Positions 13,683-26,400 of a DNA stretch of 64,000 nucleotides are shown here, piece by piece. Source of the DNA: Phoronis australis (taxonomy: Eukaryota; Animalia; Phoronida); the NCBI GenBank assembly GCA_002633005.1, contig NMRA01000003.1, forward strand, positions 2,571,442 to 2,635,441. The letters are read 5' to 3'. Each line of letters begins with the position of its first letter. Position 1 is the stretch's first letter. The notes under the pieces are model-generated. The model made no database searches, was not told the origin of the DNA, and saw only the letters and a program-made list of their open reading frames with translations. The position numbers and the translations under genes are program-made.

Positions 13683-13974
13683 CAGTGGCGCATTTAGAGG
13701 GGGCCAAGGGGGTCATGGCCCCCCTAAAATTCTACCAGATACCATTTGACTAGCAAATTCGCGCAACCAGAAGGGCTCGGGGGGTGAATAAACAATGCAT
13801 AGGGCCTGAACAAACCCCGTTTACCGTTTTTTTTTGTTTTAGTCAAAAGGTCCGCAAACCCAAAAATTCGAGACCCCTGCATCCCTACATTTTAGGGTGG
13901 GCGCGTACATCTGCCGAAATTCTGGTTATTCCTGTGCCCTGCCCCCCTAACTGAAAATCCTGGATCCACCCCTG
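13683..13974. mobile_element. Longer (292-bp) relative of the same MITE, TSD ATACC
   Basis: Same termini; the empty site gaggatacccat is visible in the left arm (about 8505-8516, reverse complement). Confidence 0.85.
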
Positions 13975-14500
13975 ATACCCATAGACCACTATGGTACACA
14001 AGAAAATTGTGGTTACCTTTTCATGCCCAAAAAGCTCTGGGATCCCGGTTTATACGTAGTCGACTATTTACCAATTATAGTCTGAGTGACATCGCGATCC
14101 AAACCATATTGTCAAAATAAACAATCAAAACATATTATACGTGTTTTAGAGCAATCCATAAGATTTTCAAACCAATAATGATGCAAAAAGTTGTCGAAAA
14201 TACGCCCATGGGCATGGGTGCCGGGCCTATTTTCGGAAATTCCGAATGTAGGGAGGGGGCGGAGTTTGAGGAAGGGGCAGGGGGTGGGCTGTTTGTGGTC
14301 ATGTGGTAAAGAGATTTTAACCAATGTTCAGCCTGTGTCGAAGTTCACTTCATCCGTTTTTTACAAGGATAGCTTTTGATTCTCAAGAAATCGTCCAATC
14401 GGTTGGTTCTCGTAGATGCAAAAACATGTAAATCAGAAAACAACGAACTTTTGCAGGTTACCAGACAAAACATGACCTTAAAAGGTGTTGGGCTGTCACG

Positions 14501-14642
14501 TACGGTGGCCCAAAGATGACATCGCGCGTTTCTTTTCTAATTATCTCGGTATCTCGAGATCCCGATTTAATTATCTCGGGATAAGTCGGGATCCCGAGAT
14601 AATTAGAAAAGAAACGCGCGATGTCATCTTTGAGCCACCATA
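14501..14642. mobile_element. Palindromic MITE with TAC..ATA ends and 6-bp TSD GTCACG (IS3EU-like)
   Basis: About 50-bp near-perfect TIRs; gtcacg at 14495-14500 and 14643-14648. Confidence 0.8.
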
Positions 14643-14964
14643 GTCACGTGTCAACAAAATATGAAAACTAAATGCACACACATGGCGCCATTTGAGTTAT
14701 TTTTTAAAATTTGTTCATAGACTTTTTTGCAAATCCGTAATGAACTGCATGAAGTTTTAGGCGATTCCCGAACATGTGTGCAGGCCTGAGTACTTTACGG
14801 GCAACCACGATGATCATATGACGGGACATTTCCGTTTGGAGGCCCTACCCGGCCCCAAGAACAAATTTTCAGAATTTATTTAAGATCTGGTTCATTCCAG
14901 TGTTAGGCTGCTACAACGAAACAGTCCAAAAATCACAAAAATCTTTGTTTGCGATTGCCAATAC

Positions 14965-15124
14965 CAGTGGCGGATTTAGAGGGGGTGGGGGCAAGGGGGC
15001 CATGCCCCCCTAAAACTCTCCCAGATTCCATTTGGCAATTGGGGGGTGCGAATGTCTGACGAGCAAAATCCTGGCCAATACTGTGCCCTGGCCCCCCTAA
15101 CTAAAAATCCTGGATCCGACCCTG
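14965..15124. mobile_element. Fourth copy of the 5-bp-TSD MITE, TSD AATAC
   Basis: cagtggcggatttag...ggatccgaccctg flanked by aatac. Confidence 0.87.
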
Positions 15125-15971
15125 AATACATGTACTTTTGAGTGCCTTAATCCGTTATACATGTGCACTGTGTACAGGGGTCTTGAAAAATCCTTGACAG
15201 TCTGATCGACACTTGCGAGTTTCCTGCGAAAAATCCCCGTTTCATCAACAATGCTTTTTCCGGCAACGATCTTCAAGAGTTGCATTGATATTTGGGGAAA
15301 GTGACAATATTTTACCGTTATGAAACCATCGGTAATATTGCCTTTAACCGTCTCAAAAGTTCTTTCAAATTTCAATTAACAGTTAGCGGTCAATGATGTA
15401 GAGTTTGTTGATTTTACTGTTCATCATGTGAAAATGTTCCGTGGTTTTCTCGACTAATATGATATTTTATCTACTCATGGATAATTGACAAAGCCGGATT
15501 TATGGAGATAATTATACCAAGTCATCCCTCCACGAGACGCCAGGGAAAGAGAGTCACTCTCCACCGTTGCACCTTATCCCACACACAGGGGCCCAGTGTG
15601 TGGGAAAAGGTGTAAAAAATAGGAAGGGAGGTCATGTATCAAAAGGTCTCCTCCTAGGACTGGGACATTAATTATGAAAAGATATATGCTATCAACTGAG
15701 CTCCTCTCCGTTAGGTTCCCAATTTGTATAAAATTAAATAAATTTTAGCAAAAATGTATAAAAGAGAGGTGCATGTGAATCCATTATCTACTGCCAGAGC
15801 GGGGTTCTTGGAAAATATTGGGAAAACTTAACCTGAGGGCTGACCATGGCCATCGTGTCTACAAAGAGTTGATTTACACAAGAACAGCAAACGTCTTCCA
15901 TGAATCCAGGGAGAAACCAGATTAGACTCACTAAATATCGACAACATAAAGTTGAGAAGTGTTTAGTTTAC

Positions 15972-15977
15972 TTTATT
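15972..15977 (-). terminator. Candidate polyadenylation signal AATAAA for the PTPN13-like mRNA (3' UTR about 1.4 kb)
   Basis: tttatt on the + strand at the end of a T-rich (minus strand), repeat-free stretch downstream of the stop. Confidence 0.45.
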
Positions 15978-17387
15978 ACTGGCAAATAAATATATTAAAA
16001 ATCAACATATTACAGAAACACAGTGCATAAACATTTTCACATCTATCCACGTCTTTTTATATTAGGATCTTTTGTTTTGTTTACTTAAGTACCTGCCAAC
16101 AACCATGATTATTACACTTAAGTCAAGGAGTATAAAGTAGATTTGTCTTATTTTTGCACCATATGAATACTACATTTTCCTTTAAGCATATTAACATTTA
16201 AGTAGAAAAATATATCAATAATAAACAGTAAACGATTAAGCCGTTTAAACAATCTACTTTAAAGTTAACCTCTTCTATCTATAAGAACAACGTGAAGCAA
16301 GAGGGCAGTAGAACAATGTGACTGCAACACACAGAGCACATTGTTCTGGTGAAAATGTGCGAAAATAATCACATAGCGTGCGAGAAAACTACCAACATGT
16401 TCATAGCCAAGAAACAACAAAGTATATTTCCAAAGATAACTTATGTTTTTTGAGTTTCTAGAAGTGGGTTTTCAAATGTTGATATCAATCTCGTCACAGC
16501 AGTCCCAACAGCAGATACACAGACCAAGGTACATAGGAACAGGCCATGTGTACGATTCCCTGTTATACAATATCCAACAGATTCGCAACAAAAAAGCTTA
16601 AGATTTTCTATATTAGTTATACTCGTGCTTGCTGTTATAAACTATGGTGAAACACAACAAACACAAGTCACTGAGATTCACTGTCAGACACAAGTAGACT
16701 GAATACAGAAAATTAAAAGAAACAATGGGGTTATGAGATTTGGGTTTTTGTTTGTTTCTTTTGCATTCCAAAAAATAGCTGGACTCGTAAACAAAACTAT
16801 TTCACAGTTGCCCGTTTCTACAAAAAACCTTGTAGAATCAAGCCCCGCCTGTTTGACTAGATCAACATTTCATCATTAATGAAAGCTACAATACCCAAGC
16901 TCAGTTATATGGGAACATTGTTTACGTGTCACAAATTCTCTTTAAGACACATGTGTTATAAATACAAATAAGAAAATCTTCAGATAAATTATATGTACAA
17001 TTAATATTAAGTAGCAATAATCACGCACGATCAAAGACAAAAAATCTCTTACTTCATAAAAACCCAGTGAAAAACAGCAATTAAGTAGCATCAATGCAAC
17101 TCTAATAGTTAAGATAAGTACAAAGTGCATCAAATCTATTAATCAGACTTTAAGTAAACAGAATAGTCATCAGTACATATCATCTATTTAATAAATTAAC
17201 ATCTCATTAATCAATCCAAAACATATTATTCAGTGCGTCATGGCGGAGACTCTCGCAATCTTGCTAGTCGAAAGCAAATCACTTGAATTATGGAAGCCTT
17301 GTTGGGAGAGCTACGCAACAGAACATGCCATTCTGTGACTACTTTGCTTGAAGACAGCGAGATAGGTACACCAGGTGGCGCCATATG

Positions 17388-17453
17388 TCACTGTCCATTT
17401 GAAATAGTCTGTAGTGCTTCAATGCATGCTTTGTAGCAGAACAAATACTGATC
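17388..17453 (-). CDS. PTPN13: PTPN13-like last coding exon
   Basis: ttgcag|[24 protein letters not shown]. Confidence 0.92.
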   Translation of the reverse strand, partial: DQYLFCYKACIEALQTISNGQ

Positions 17454-20400
17454 CTGCAATAAAAACACGAAAACATGAGCTGGACAATTGTGAATCCTGG
17501 TCTTATCGTATGTATAACAGTGAAGACATGTAAGGATTCTTCCAGAATACTTTGCGCTCTCAAACAGATCACCAATCTTTATTTTTGAAAATTAAAACGA
17601 AAACAGAGTTATAGTTGAACGGATCAATAAGTCTTGATCTTCGAACCACACAGTTAATCGACTAAAGCAGAGTACAATGTAAAATGCATGAAATGTCCTG
17701 TGTAGTAGAATATTCCACAGCCCCACAGACTGAACTGTGACAGCGCGCTGTGCTATAAAAGGACTGCCTCTTATTTAATAAAATACCTATCATTGTATAG
17801 AATGTATAAATCACACAATCAAGAAGTTTACTCACAACATTTAAGGGCTTGGCCCACATGTAACATGAAGTTACAAAAGAGGGCTGAGCAACTTTTCTCT
17901 GAGAGCAGTGGCATAAAAAATAAAAATCCAAAAGGTAAATTTCAGCTATAGGTCCCAGTGTAAATAAATATTTTTAGGTTCACGCCAGCATCGCTCAGGT
18001 ATAAATGCAAATCTCAGAAAGCAGTATTTGTTACAAACATAAATAAAATGATACCCATACTCAGTTTGTGTTACACATCTGTTGGTCCGTATTTTATGGG
18101 CATACAAGTCTCTAATATTAGCATTATTAGGAAACTTAAGCAGAAAGAGAACATAGGTCTTACCTTAGTCTGTATCATTCCAGACCGTTGTTTTCTAAGT
18201 TCTGTCACTATACTGTTGATGTCAAACTGTAATCAAAAGTATATAAATGCTAACAACGAGACATTTATGGGACGTCAGCTAATCACAAGGCTTAAGTTAA
18301 CACACACCATTAATTATGGATGCAGCTAGAGGGCTTGTGGGTAACAATTAAACAGATTTACAAATTTAGTTTTCTGTTGAAGACTAAAAACGCATCTTAA
18401 ACTTGTTTTAAAACAGTAACTAAAAATACCATAAAAAGAAAAGGAATAGTGTCTTCAAATGCTGCTTTTGTTGTAAAAAAACAATTATGTAAAATGTTAA
18501 GATCTGAAGAGTTACCTTGAGATCTCTTTCTATGGAGCCCAGTACTGTATCAATTGTTATGAGTGCACCAGTCCTGCCAATACCAGCACTGCAGTGTACC
18601 ACTATGGGTCCTCCATTGTGGACCAGGTGCATGAGACGAATGTACTGAAATAGATACATTAGATACAGTAAAAAGAAACACATATTGTATGAAAAAATGC
18701 TATCAGAAGTAAAAGCCATTAAAATCAGTACGTTTCATTGACACAAAACAGTAAATTCTATAAGATTATTACAGGATCGAGACAGATTACGAAGTTTTAC
18801 CATAAACTTGTGGGTTAACGTCTTGGGTGCTTAAATTGGGGAAACCCTAAGACAGAGGTGGCCGATTTCCCAAACAGTGGAGGCTTACATCAAAATTTGG
18901 TAAAAGTCAGGGCGGGCGATTACCAGGGCATGGGTGTTAATCTGTGAGTTTACGGTTCACTGATCAGTAGTCAAAATTTCGAAGTCAATAAAATAAAATA
19001 TAAACACAGACTAATTATGGTAATGCCAAATCCAAACTCTGAATATTTAAAAAATAATCCTGAATCAATCTTGGTATCTCTTGTACAAACATGACACTGA
19101 ACATTGTCTTTAAGCCGTTTTACATCATCTAGGTTTTAATGGACATGTAATTAAATAACCATAAGCTATTAAGCACTTGATGAATTCAAACTTGAATAAA
19201 GACACCACAGTTCCCTCCATCACACGATAGCACAAACAAGGTATCTAAAAGCTAAAATGTTAACGGATTGTAATACACGTCATTTGCACAGACGCATGTA
19301 CTTTGAGCATCCTTACTCAACACATGACCGCATTTGTTTTGATGAAACCAAAAAATGTTTTTACATTGATTTGCATTTAAAAGAACATGGCACCTTTTTC
19401 AAATTATAATCAAATGTTAATTGGTCCATTACAAAACATAAATGCCTTCCATTTCTTATCCATCAGATGTTAATGTAATAAACCGACTCTATCCGAGTCA
19501 CTGCACACCACATATTGACCCAGGTGAAAGTCAACAATTTTACATTTTTGATATAAAAAACACCAATTTTTGAATATGTCCATGTACCGTTACAAAATTG
19601 GTCTCAACGTAAAAATATTCATAACTGTACTCAATAAGTTGACCAGTGTAGCTGATGGTCTTAAAAGTTAGGAAATATGCTGGTTCTTTGCCTACACACA
19701 AGGTGGTGCTTCCGCTACATAAAATCATTCCACCTGTTGATGCAAAGAACTTAATTCAACCAAAAAGAAATACCTTTTTCACATTTTGGCACATGACCAA
19801 AGCAATGACGCAGATATTATTCGCCAAAGTAGAGTGTTATTAGAAAATTTCACTTGACTAACGTTCACTTGAGGTAAAACTTCACCCTCTTATGTAGTCT
19901 GCCCGTTTGTGTCTTCTCAAAAACTGAAGCTACGTCATTGCTATTTTCCCTCTTTGACTTTCAGTCATCTTAGCTTTCTAATTCTGATAATCCACTTACT
20001 GACCTCTTTTTCAAGACCTGCTTTTGTTTATACTCACTGGCTCTGTCCATTGTAATGCTTCAATCACCTAATCTTGAGTTATGTATTTCTCATTTGTTTA
20101 GTTTTTAGAGCTTTTATTAGTTTTTTATTACTTTTAAGTTTCATAGATGTTAGATAAAAAATTCTCACTTAATTGAATTTCACTAAGTGTGGACGGCTGT
20201 GCATTTCACAGATACTCTGGAGTAAAGCTCATCCCAGTCTACTCTAACCATTTGAATTCTTCACAATAATAGCGTAGAAATCAAACAAATTCTGACATTC
20301 AGATTTTAATAGTTTTCATTTTTTTAAACAAACTTAATGTAGTTTTCAAGGACAATTTTCAATAAATTCGTCATATTGATTCCTATACATTTAAAAAATA

Positions 20401-23400
20401 ACAATTGATGTTTTTCTACAATGTTTAGTTTGCAACAACGAAATGATGTTTACTTAATGTAACATAAATCGCCACTACCTTTTATTTTTCAGAGACTAAA
20501 TTTAAAATCAATGAGAATACTGAAATTTAAAGGCTATTCAAGGGTTCATTTAATGAAAACCATGCTTGCACAATGTACATGACACCGTGTTTCTGGTTAA
20601 TTCTACAGCAAAACCAAAACTCCATAGAAATCATTCCTAACTTCTGACAACAGACTTTACAGAGGTAGCACACTGTCAAAGACAGCTTCAATTCACACAC
20701 TTCATACTATTACGTAAAGAACTTCGATCCCTGGGGATGTAATTAATGAACAAAACTATTTTCAAATATTAATTCCCAGTTAGTTTTCAGTGAATAATGA
20801 CAATCAAGTATAAGGCTTTGCCTTAGGTATAATGGCCATTTGAACAACACATCAATACAGACATTCAACAGATGTCTTCTCTGTATTTGATACTCATTAA
20901 AGTAAGGCCACTAATGTGCTGACTTGTAAATGAAATGAGCTTGGTCATGTCAAAGACTACATCAGCAAGACATAAAGCCCAAGTCAGCCTCCATTGGAAA
21001 ATCTGTAAACTACATGCAAGCAGCGCCACATGTTGGTTAAAGTGGATACTTCACACATTCTCTTCCTATGTATAGACTTTGTGGCCCATTGACTCGATTC
21101 ATCTACCAACACTGTCTGAGACCACTAGGCTTAAGGTGTAATATTTACCTGCAGGAGGGGACGCGCAGACTTGGGCACACCGTGATCTGGCCAGGTGGTG
21201 TAGTTCAGGTGTATTACATTGTGTTTGTCGCCACTCTCCTTGTCTTCAATCTGAATGTCACGCACATCGAAGTTGGCAAGTCTCTGACTCTTCAGAAGTG
21301 ATACCTTGAACCTGAAACCACGCACCAATATTTCAACCAATACAATAGGTTCATGGTAAGAACCACGACAACAAAGACATGGTAAACAATTAATTTAATG
21401 TCCATCATGTTTAAATTATATTTACATCTGAAAAAAGATCAAGAATGAGTGTTAAGCACTCCAGTGCATTTTATAGGTATTTGATTTCACATTTCAAACA
21501 AGAGATCAAAATGTCACTGACTCATTAAGATACAAACAGTGAAAAGCCTGACGCTTGGTAGTCATTAGCCTTGAGGCAATCGCATACCTTCATGACTGTA
21601 GGTCATATTTCTTTAAACGCGTCATCAATAATCCATTGACAATTGAAGCTAGGGCTTGTTTCAAAATCCCTGACAATGATAGGAACTCATTGCAAACATG
21701 AAATCATTTCAAAATCTTAGCCCTGAATCAATAAAATTGTGAAGAACAGAAAAAAGAAAGTCGTGAGACTAAAAACTAATATGCATTGTTTCCAAGCACA
21801 TGTTTCTGTGACAACCACGAATATGAAGAATAGTGCTTTCAAGGGTCGACAACGGGTATTTATGAAATACATATAGAAGTTCACTACAAGTCTTAGGTGT
21901 ATATGCAGCCGTGACAAAACACAGTGACACTCAGCTGATACGAACCTATCACAGGCAGTAACAGGAGATTCCACCGAGTCAGGCCAATATCGGTGACACT
22001 TCACTTTACCAGACTCCATGTCAAGTGTAACCATGGCGATGGTGTTGACCTCTTTTTCCCAAACCATGCGCCAAAAGTCGTCCGTGGTCTGTTGCAGCGG
22101 GCCCTGGCAGGCAATGAACTCGTAGACGTCTTTACCCAAGGGAACACGGATGTGACTAGCGTTGATGTAGTTGTCACTGCCACTCAGGCAAACACGATTG
22201 CCATCATCTGAACACATAAATAGGCATGACTGTCATTGAATGTACTTTTACAACAAACATGTGTTACAACAAACATGTGCAGAATACATAAATAAGTAAT
22301 TGGCTAAAACTTTCATCAATACCACAGGCAGCGGTATCTTTAAAAACATTTATTTCAGATTGTGTTTTGTGGAGGTGCCCTTTTTACAAGTTTCTAACAC
22401 AATGGGTTAGTATCTCTACCTTTACATGGTGCAACTACAGCAGTTTAACCTTTACATGGTGCAACTACAGCAGTTTAACCTTTACATGGTGCAACTACAG
22501 CAGTTTAACCTTTACATGGTGCAACTACAGCAGTTAAACTTTACATGGTGCAACTACAGTAGTTTTCAAGAATTTTAAGTAAGATGAAATTTGCTGTTCG
22601 AAACGAAAAATAACGCTACTTTGCAAATGCTTTAAGCAGCTTATTACATAAAATGACTTATTCTCATTAAAATGACATTGGCAAGAAATTGAAATTTGAG
22701 CTTGAAACATGCGGTTACTATATTAATATGGATGACCCCGGTTAGAAAACAGGCCCCGTCCGAAGAGCAGGCTACCTATATTAACACAGGTGCACTGCCC
22801 GAAGACGTCCAAAAAGCAAAGCCCCCTATAGTGTTATTTTTCGTTTGTTTCCATCTTTGTTTTTCATTGTAACTTGAAGTCAGATAATTTTTGCGAAAAT
22901 CGGCAACTTTTTTGAAATGTATTGCTTGGACAAGTCAAATGGATTTTAATGATTGTTTGAAAGGCTCGATATGTAACCCGTTTGAGATACCCATCCTTCA
23001 AAATAATTAACAAACACAGCGAGGGGATTTAACACGTGTGCGGTTCCAGAAAAGACGCAGTTGTGCGCAGAGAAAGTTTACAACAGGTCAATATCTATGA
23101 ATAGGCGTATTATTTGTGGTTCCAATAAAAATCGTAGAAAACTCTGGCAAAAACTGGTTACAATGGAGTCTGCGAAATTGGCAGCGATCAGGAAAGGGGA
23201 TGAAATTGGTGGCGGCGGGGGAGGGGCCAGGGGAAGAAAACCTTCCTACGTCTATATTACAGGTCAAATTTACACCAAATGCCCTTCGTCCAGATATGTC
23301 TATGTATCTAATCAAGGAAAAGGTTACATGCTGTTAACAGAGTAGTCTCATTTACATTGAATGAAACACTGGCATGTTGAGCTGTACATCTAAACACGTG

Positions 23401-26400
23401 AACTAACACAGCAAAATAGGACTCACATGGCAAAACATTCCTATATCTGTTCTTTGGTTTATTCTCTGGAAGCTTTGCATCGTCACAATTGTCTGTCAGT
23501 CGCACCTGTCGCACGTGCTACAATGTAACGCAGTTACAGTTAACAGTGGAAAACAACACCATGTAACAAGCTGATTTATGATTATGTTGTAGTCTATTTG
23601 AGACAATGACTACAACATCATAACACTTAGTTAAACATAGGTTATGAAAACAAAAAATGGTCATATTTTACATGAACATTTGGGTGAATTCACGAGCACA
23701 AAATTCAAGCTGTGTACCTCCTGTTTATTAATTACCGTATCGCGCTGATGAAACCAGTCACAGGACTCGAAATGGTACACTTTATAATTAAATTTCATTT
23801 CGAATGATTACATCAGAGACATCTAAGGTGTCGTTAATCAATATTGATTTGCTACTCACAAATACATCTAATATATAGTAATTAATATTCTTGCCATGCA
23901 TCAATAACTTCCAGCCATATAACACCTACCTTATACTCCTCTAAAGGCTCTTCCCTATCAATCTTGGCCTGCAGCTGTGAGATAATACTTTGAACTGCAT
24001 GCCCTGAATACTGGCCTCCGGGCACAGTTTCGGCAATGACAAGTCTTGACAACCAATCACTAGTAATCTCGTGCGGCAACAACGAGGTAGAGTAGGGCTC
24101 TGACAACATAGACGCAGCATCCGAGTCAGACATGGCCGCTGGTCTCATGGCTTTGAAGGAACGTTCGTCGCCAGGTAATGGCACGTCTGAATCATCACCC
24201 CAAGAGTCTACATCTGATTCAGAGTCAGTGTCCTCAGGTGGCGCAGATTTTGGCAGCGGTGGAGGATCGGCATATTTTGGGTTTACCCTTATTTTGCCTC
24301 CCCCATTTGAGCGTGAAGTATTACTATGGTTTGAATGTACACTTTTATGAGATGAATTGCTGTGTCTGGAACCAGTGCTGCGCAGTGAAGAGGCATAGCT
24401 CCGCTGTGAAGACACACTGGTGTGTGACTTACGTTTGTTATTAGATATAGCACCTTCGTTACTCTCGTTTTCATTTGGCCAGTCAAACTCTGATGAGTCA
24501 TAGTCAGTCTCACTGTCACCACCATCATGTGACATCGTGGTGGCGTCACCAAGACTTTCCTGGTAACTTGGGTTCACAGAGTCAATGAGAGATTGTAGTG
24601 TTTCACTGTCATCATCACTGATAGGTTCACTCCTCTCAGCAATGGCTGGACTATTTGTTTGCAGCTTATTCATTAAGTCCTCCCTGTCAAGAGGGTTCTT
24701 AGCAGGGGCACCCACATTACTATTAGGGCGAGATTGAGACAGCCTGAAACAAAGGCAAAAGAAGGTAGTTTATAATACTATTGCAATCACTTTTTAAGTC
24801 TGGCCTGCACGCCACCTGTTGGCCATATCGCGTGTCCTAATGAACATAAAAGCTTTCTGTCCTGACTGGGACTCGAACACAGAACCTTCTGCTAACAGTG
24901 TGGACACTCTAGCCTACTGAGCCATCAGGACCACCGGTCAAACACAGTCATCCAATCAGACTTAGCATTGGGCATCCCGTTCATAAACTGGTGAGTGTAA
25001 ATGAATGTATAAATCTTTAACCATATATAGATCGCAAAAATTTTAAAGTCTAATCTACATGTCACCTGTGACCTTAATAAAAAAGTCTGAAAAGATTTCT
25101 GGCCCCTGAGACTCTAACCCGGGACTTTCTGCTATTTCCTGGTTCTATAAGTGATTGATATATGTATTTATTGACAAGTCTGAAAAGACTGCTGTCACAG
25201 CAGATGCCGATATTTTGTAAATACATTAAGCTACCAGGCCCCCCCCCCCGACCCATAAGGCAGATAATCTGCCCTTCATGCTAAAAATCAAATTTTTCCA
25301 AAAAACATGAATGATTTCCATTATTTGACTGTTGTTAGCAACTGCATGGTATGTTTGAGAAGTTTTTATAATTTAAATAAACATTGCTTTGTACAATGTT
25401 TGTTTCACTTGACAACCATATCCAGACAAGTGTGGGACTGGCGTCTGTATAATAGGACTTCAACATAAACAAATGAACGACTTCAAAATAACCATAACAT
25501 CACTCCTGATTTTAATGCTTTCAATGCATATATTCATTAATTTCCATGTGTCAAGTGGGCTTATTTAGTTAACAGCAGGACCAGACTATCAAGTAAAGTA
25601 ATGAGTTACGGTCAAAGATGGCCTTTCAATTAGTTTGAATTACAGCCACTGGTGGCGCTTATTGAACAATGGTGTTTTTGACTGTTGCTTTTATCCTGCG
25701 CTTATTCGACACCTATGCTCACTGAAAGACCATTTCAGTTCTTCACATCACAATATATTTCCTTCATCTCCGTCTCCACTAATTCATACCTTTGTACTGG
25801 AACATATTTAGTTGACAAGAGACCCATTACCTCCCAGTGCTTTCTGACACATGCAACTGTGAAGAAAGGCAATCAATCGAGACTGTACTTGAGACAGGAA
25901 TCCTCTAATAACTATCGTGGCATAAATATTGCAGCAAAACTGGGCAACTAATAATAACAACAGCAGTAATAACTAAGTGCATTATTTCACACATTGTTAA
26001 ATTTGCAGAAATCTGCATTTCTTTACAGAGTAAAAAATTGACTGTGCAATTTGATTTATTGAAATAAACCGCCGTTTTTTGCCACATTGCTAACCTGATC
26101 TACAGCAAATGGCCTGAAAACTTTACTTCCCTTGGATATCAGTGAAAAGTGAATTTGTAGCTCTGCCTCAATTTTGAATATCCTCTGAGCTGTGTACTCT
26201 GACAATGTTTGATAAATTTTTATTATAAAAGTGTTAAGATAAATCCCCAGAATTCAAAAATCAAACTTTATGGTTAAAGGTCAGTACAACTACTTTTCAA
26301 TAAAAGCTAACGAAAATTTGAAAATTAACAATACATGTGTGCCCCTTTTGCTCGTTTTAATGCTGCCAAAAAACATGGTGACTGGTGGTAAATACAGCAA

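Larger units (their letters stand above)
8444..14052. mobile_element. Non-autonomous long-TIR DNA transposon, Academ-like
   Basis: About 8444-9020 is the reverse complement of about 13000-14052 once two MITE insertions are removed. Ends are TAGACCGGGATCC..GGATCCCGGTTTA, with TSD TAC at 8441-8443 and 14053-14055. Confidence 0.8.

Noticed and set aside
22418-22565. 30-bp repeats as CRISPR direct repeats
   Set aside because: Head to tail with no spacers; an ordinary minisatellite.
24132-24444. Plus-strand ORFs overlapping PTPN13 exons (also 40941-41237, 55357-55614, 63354-63581)
   Set aside because: Antisense shadows of real coding exons.
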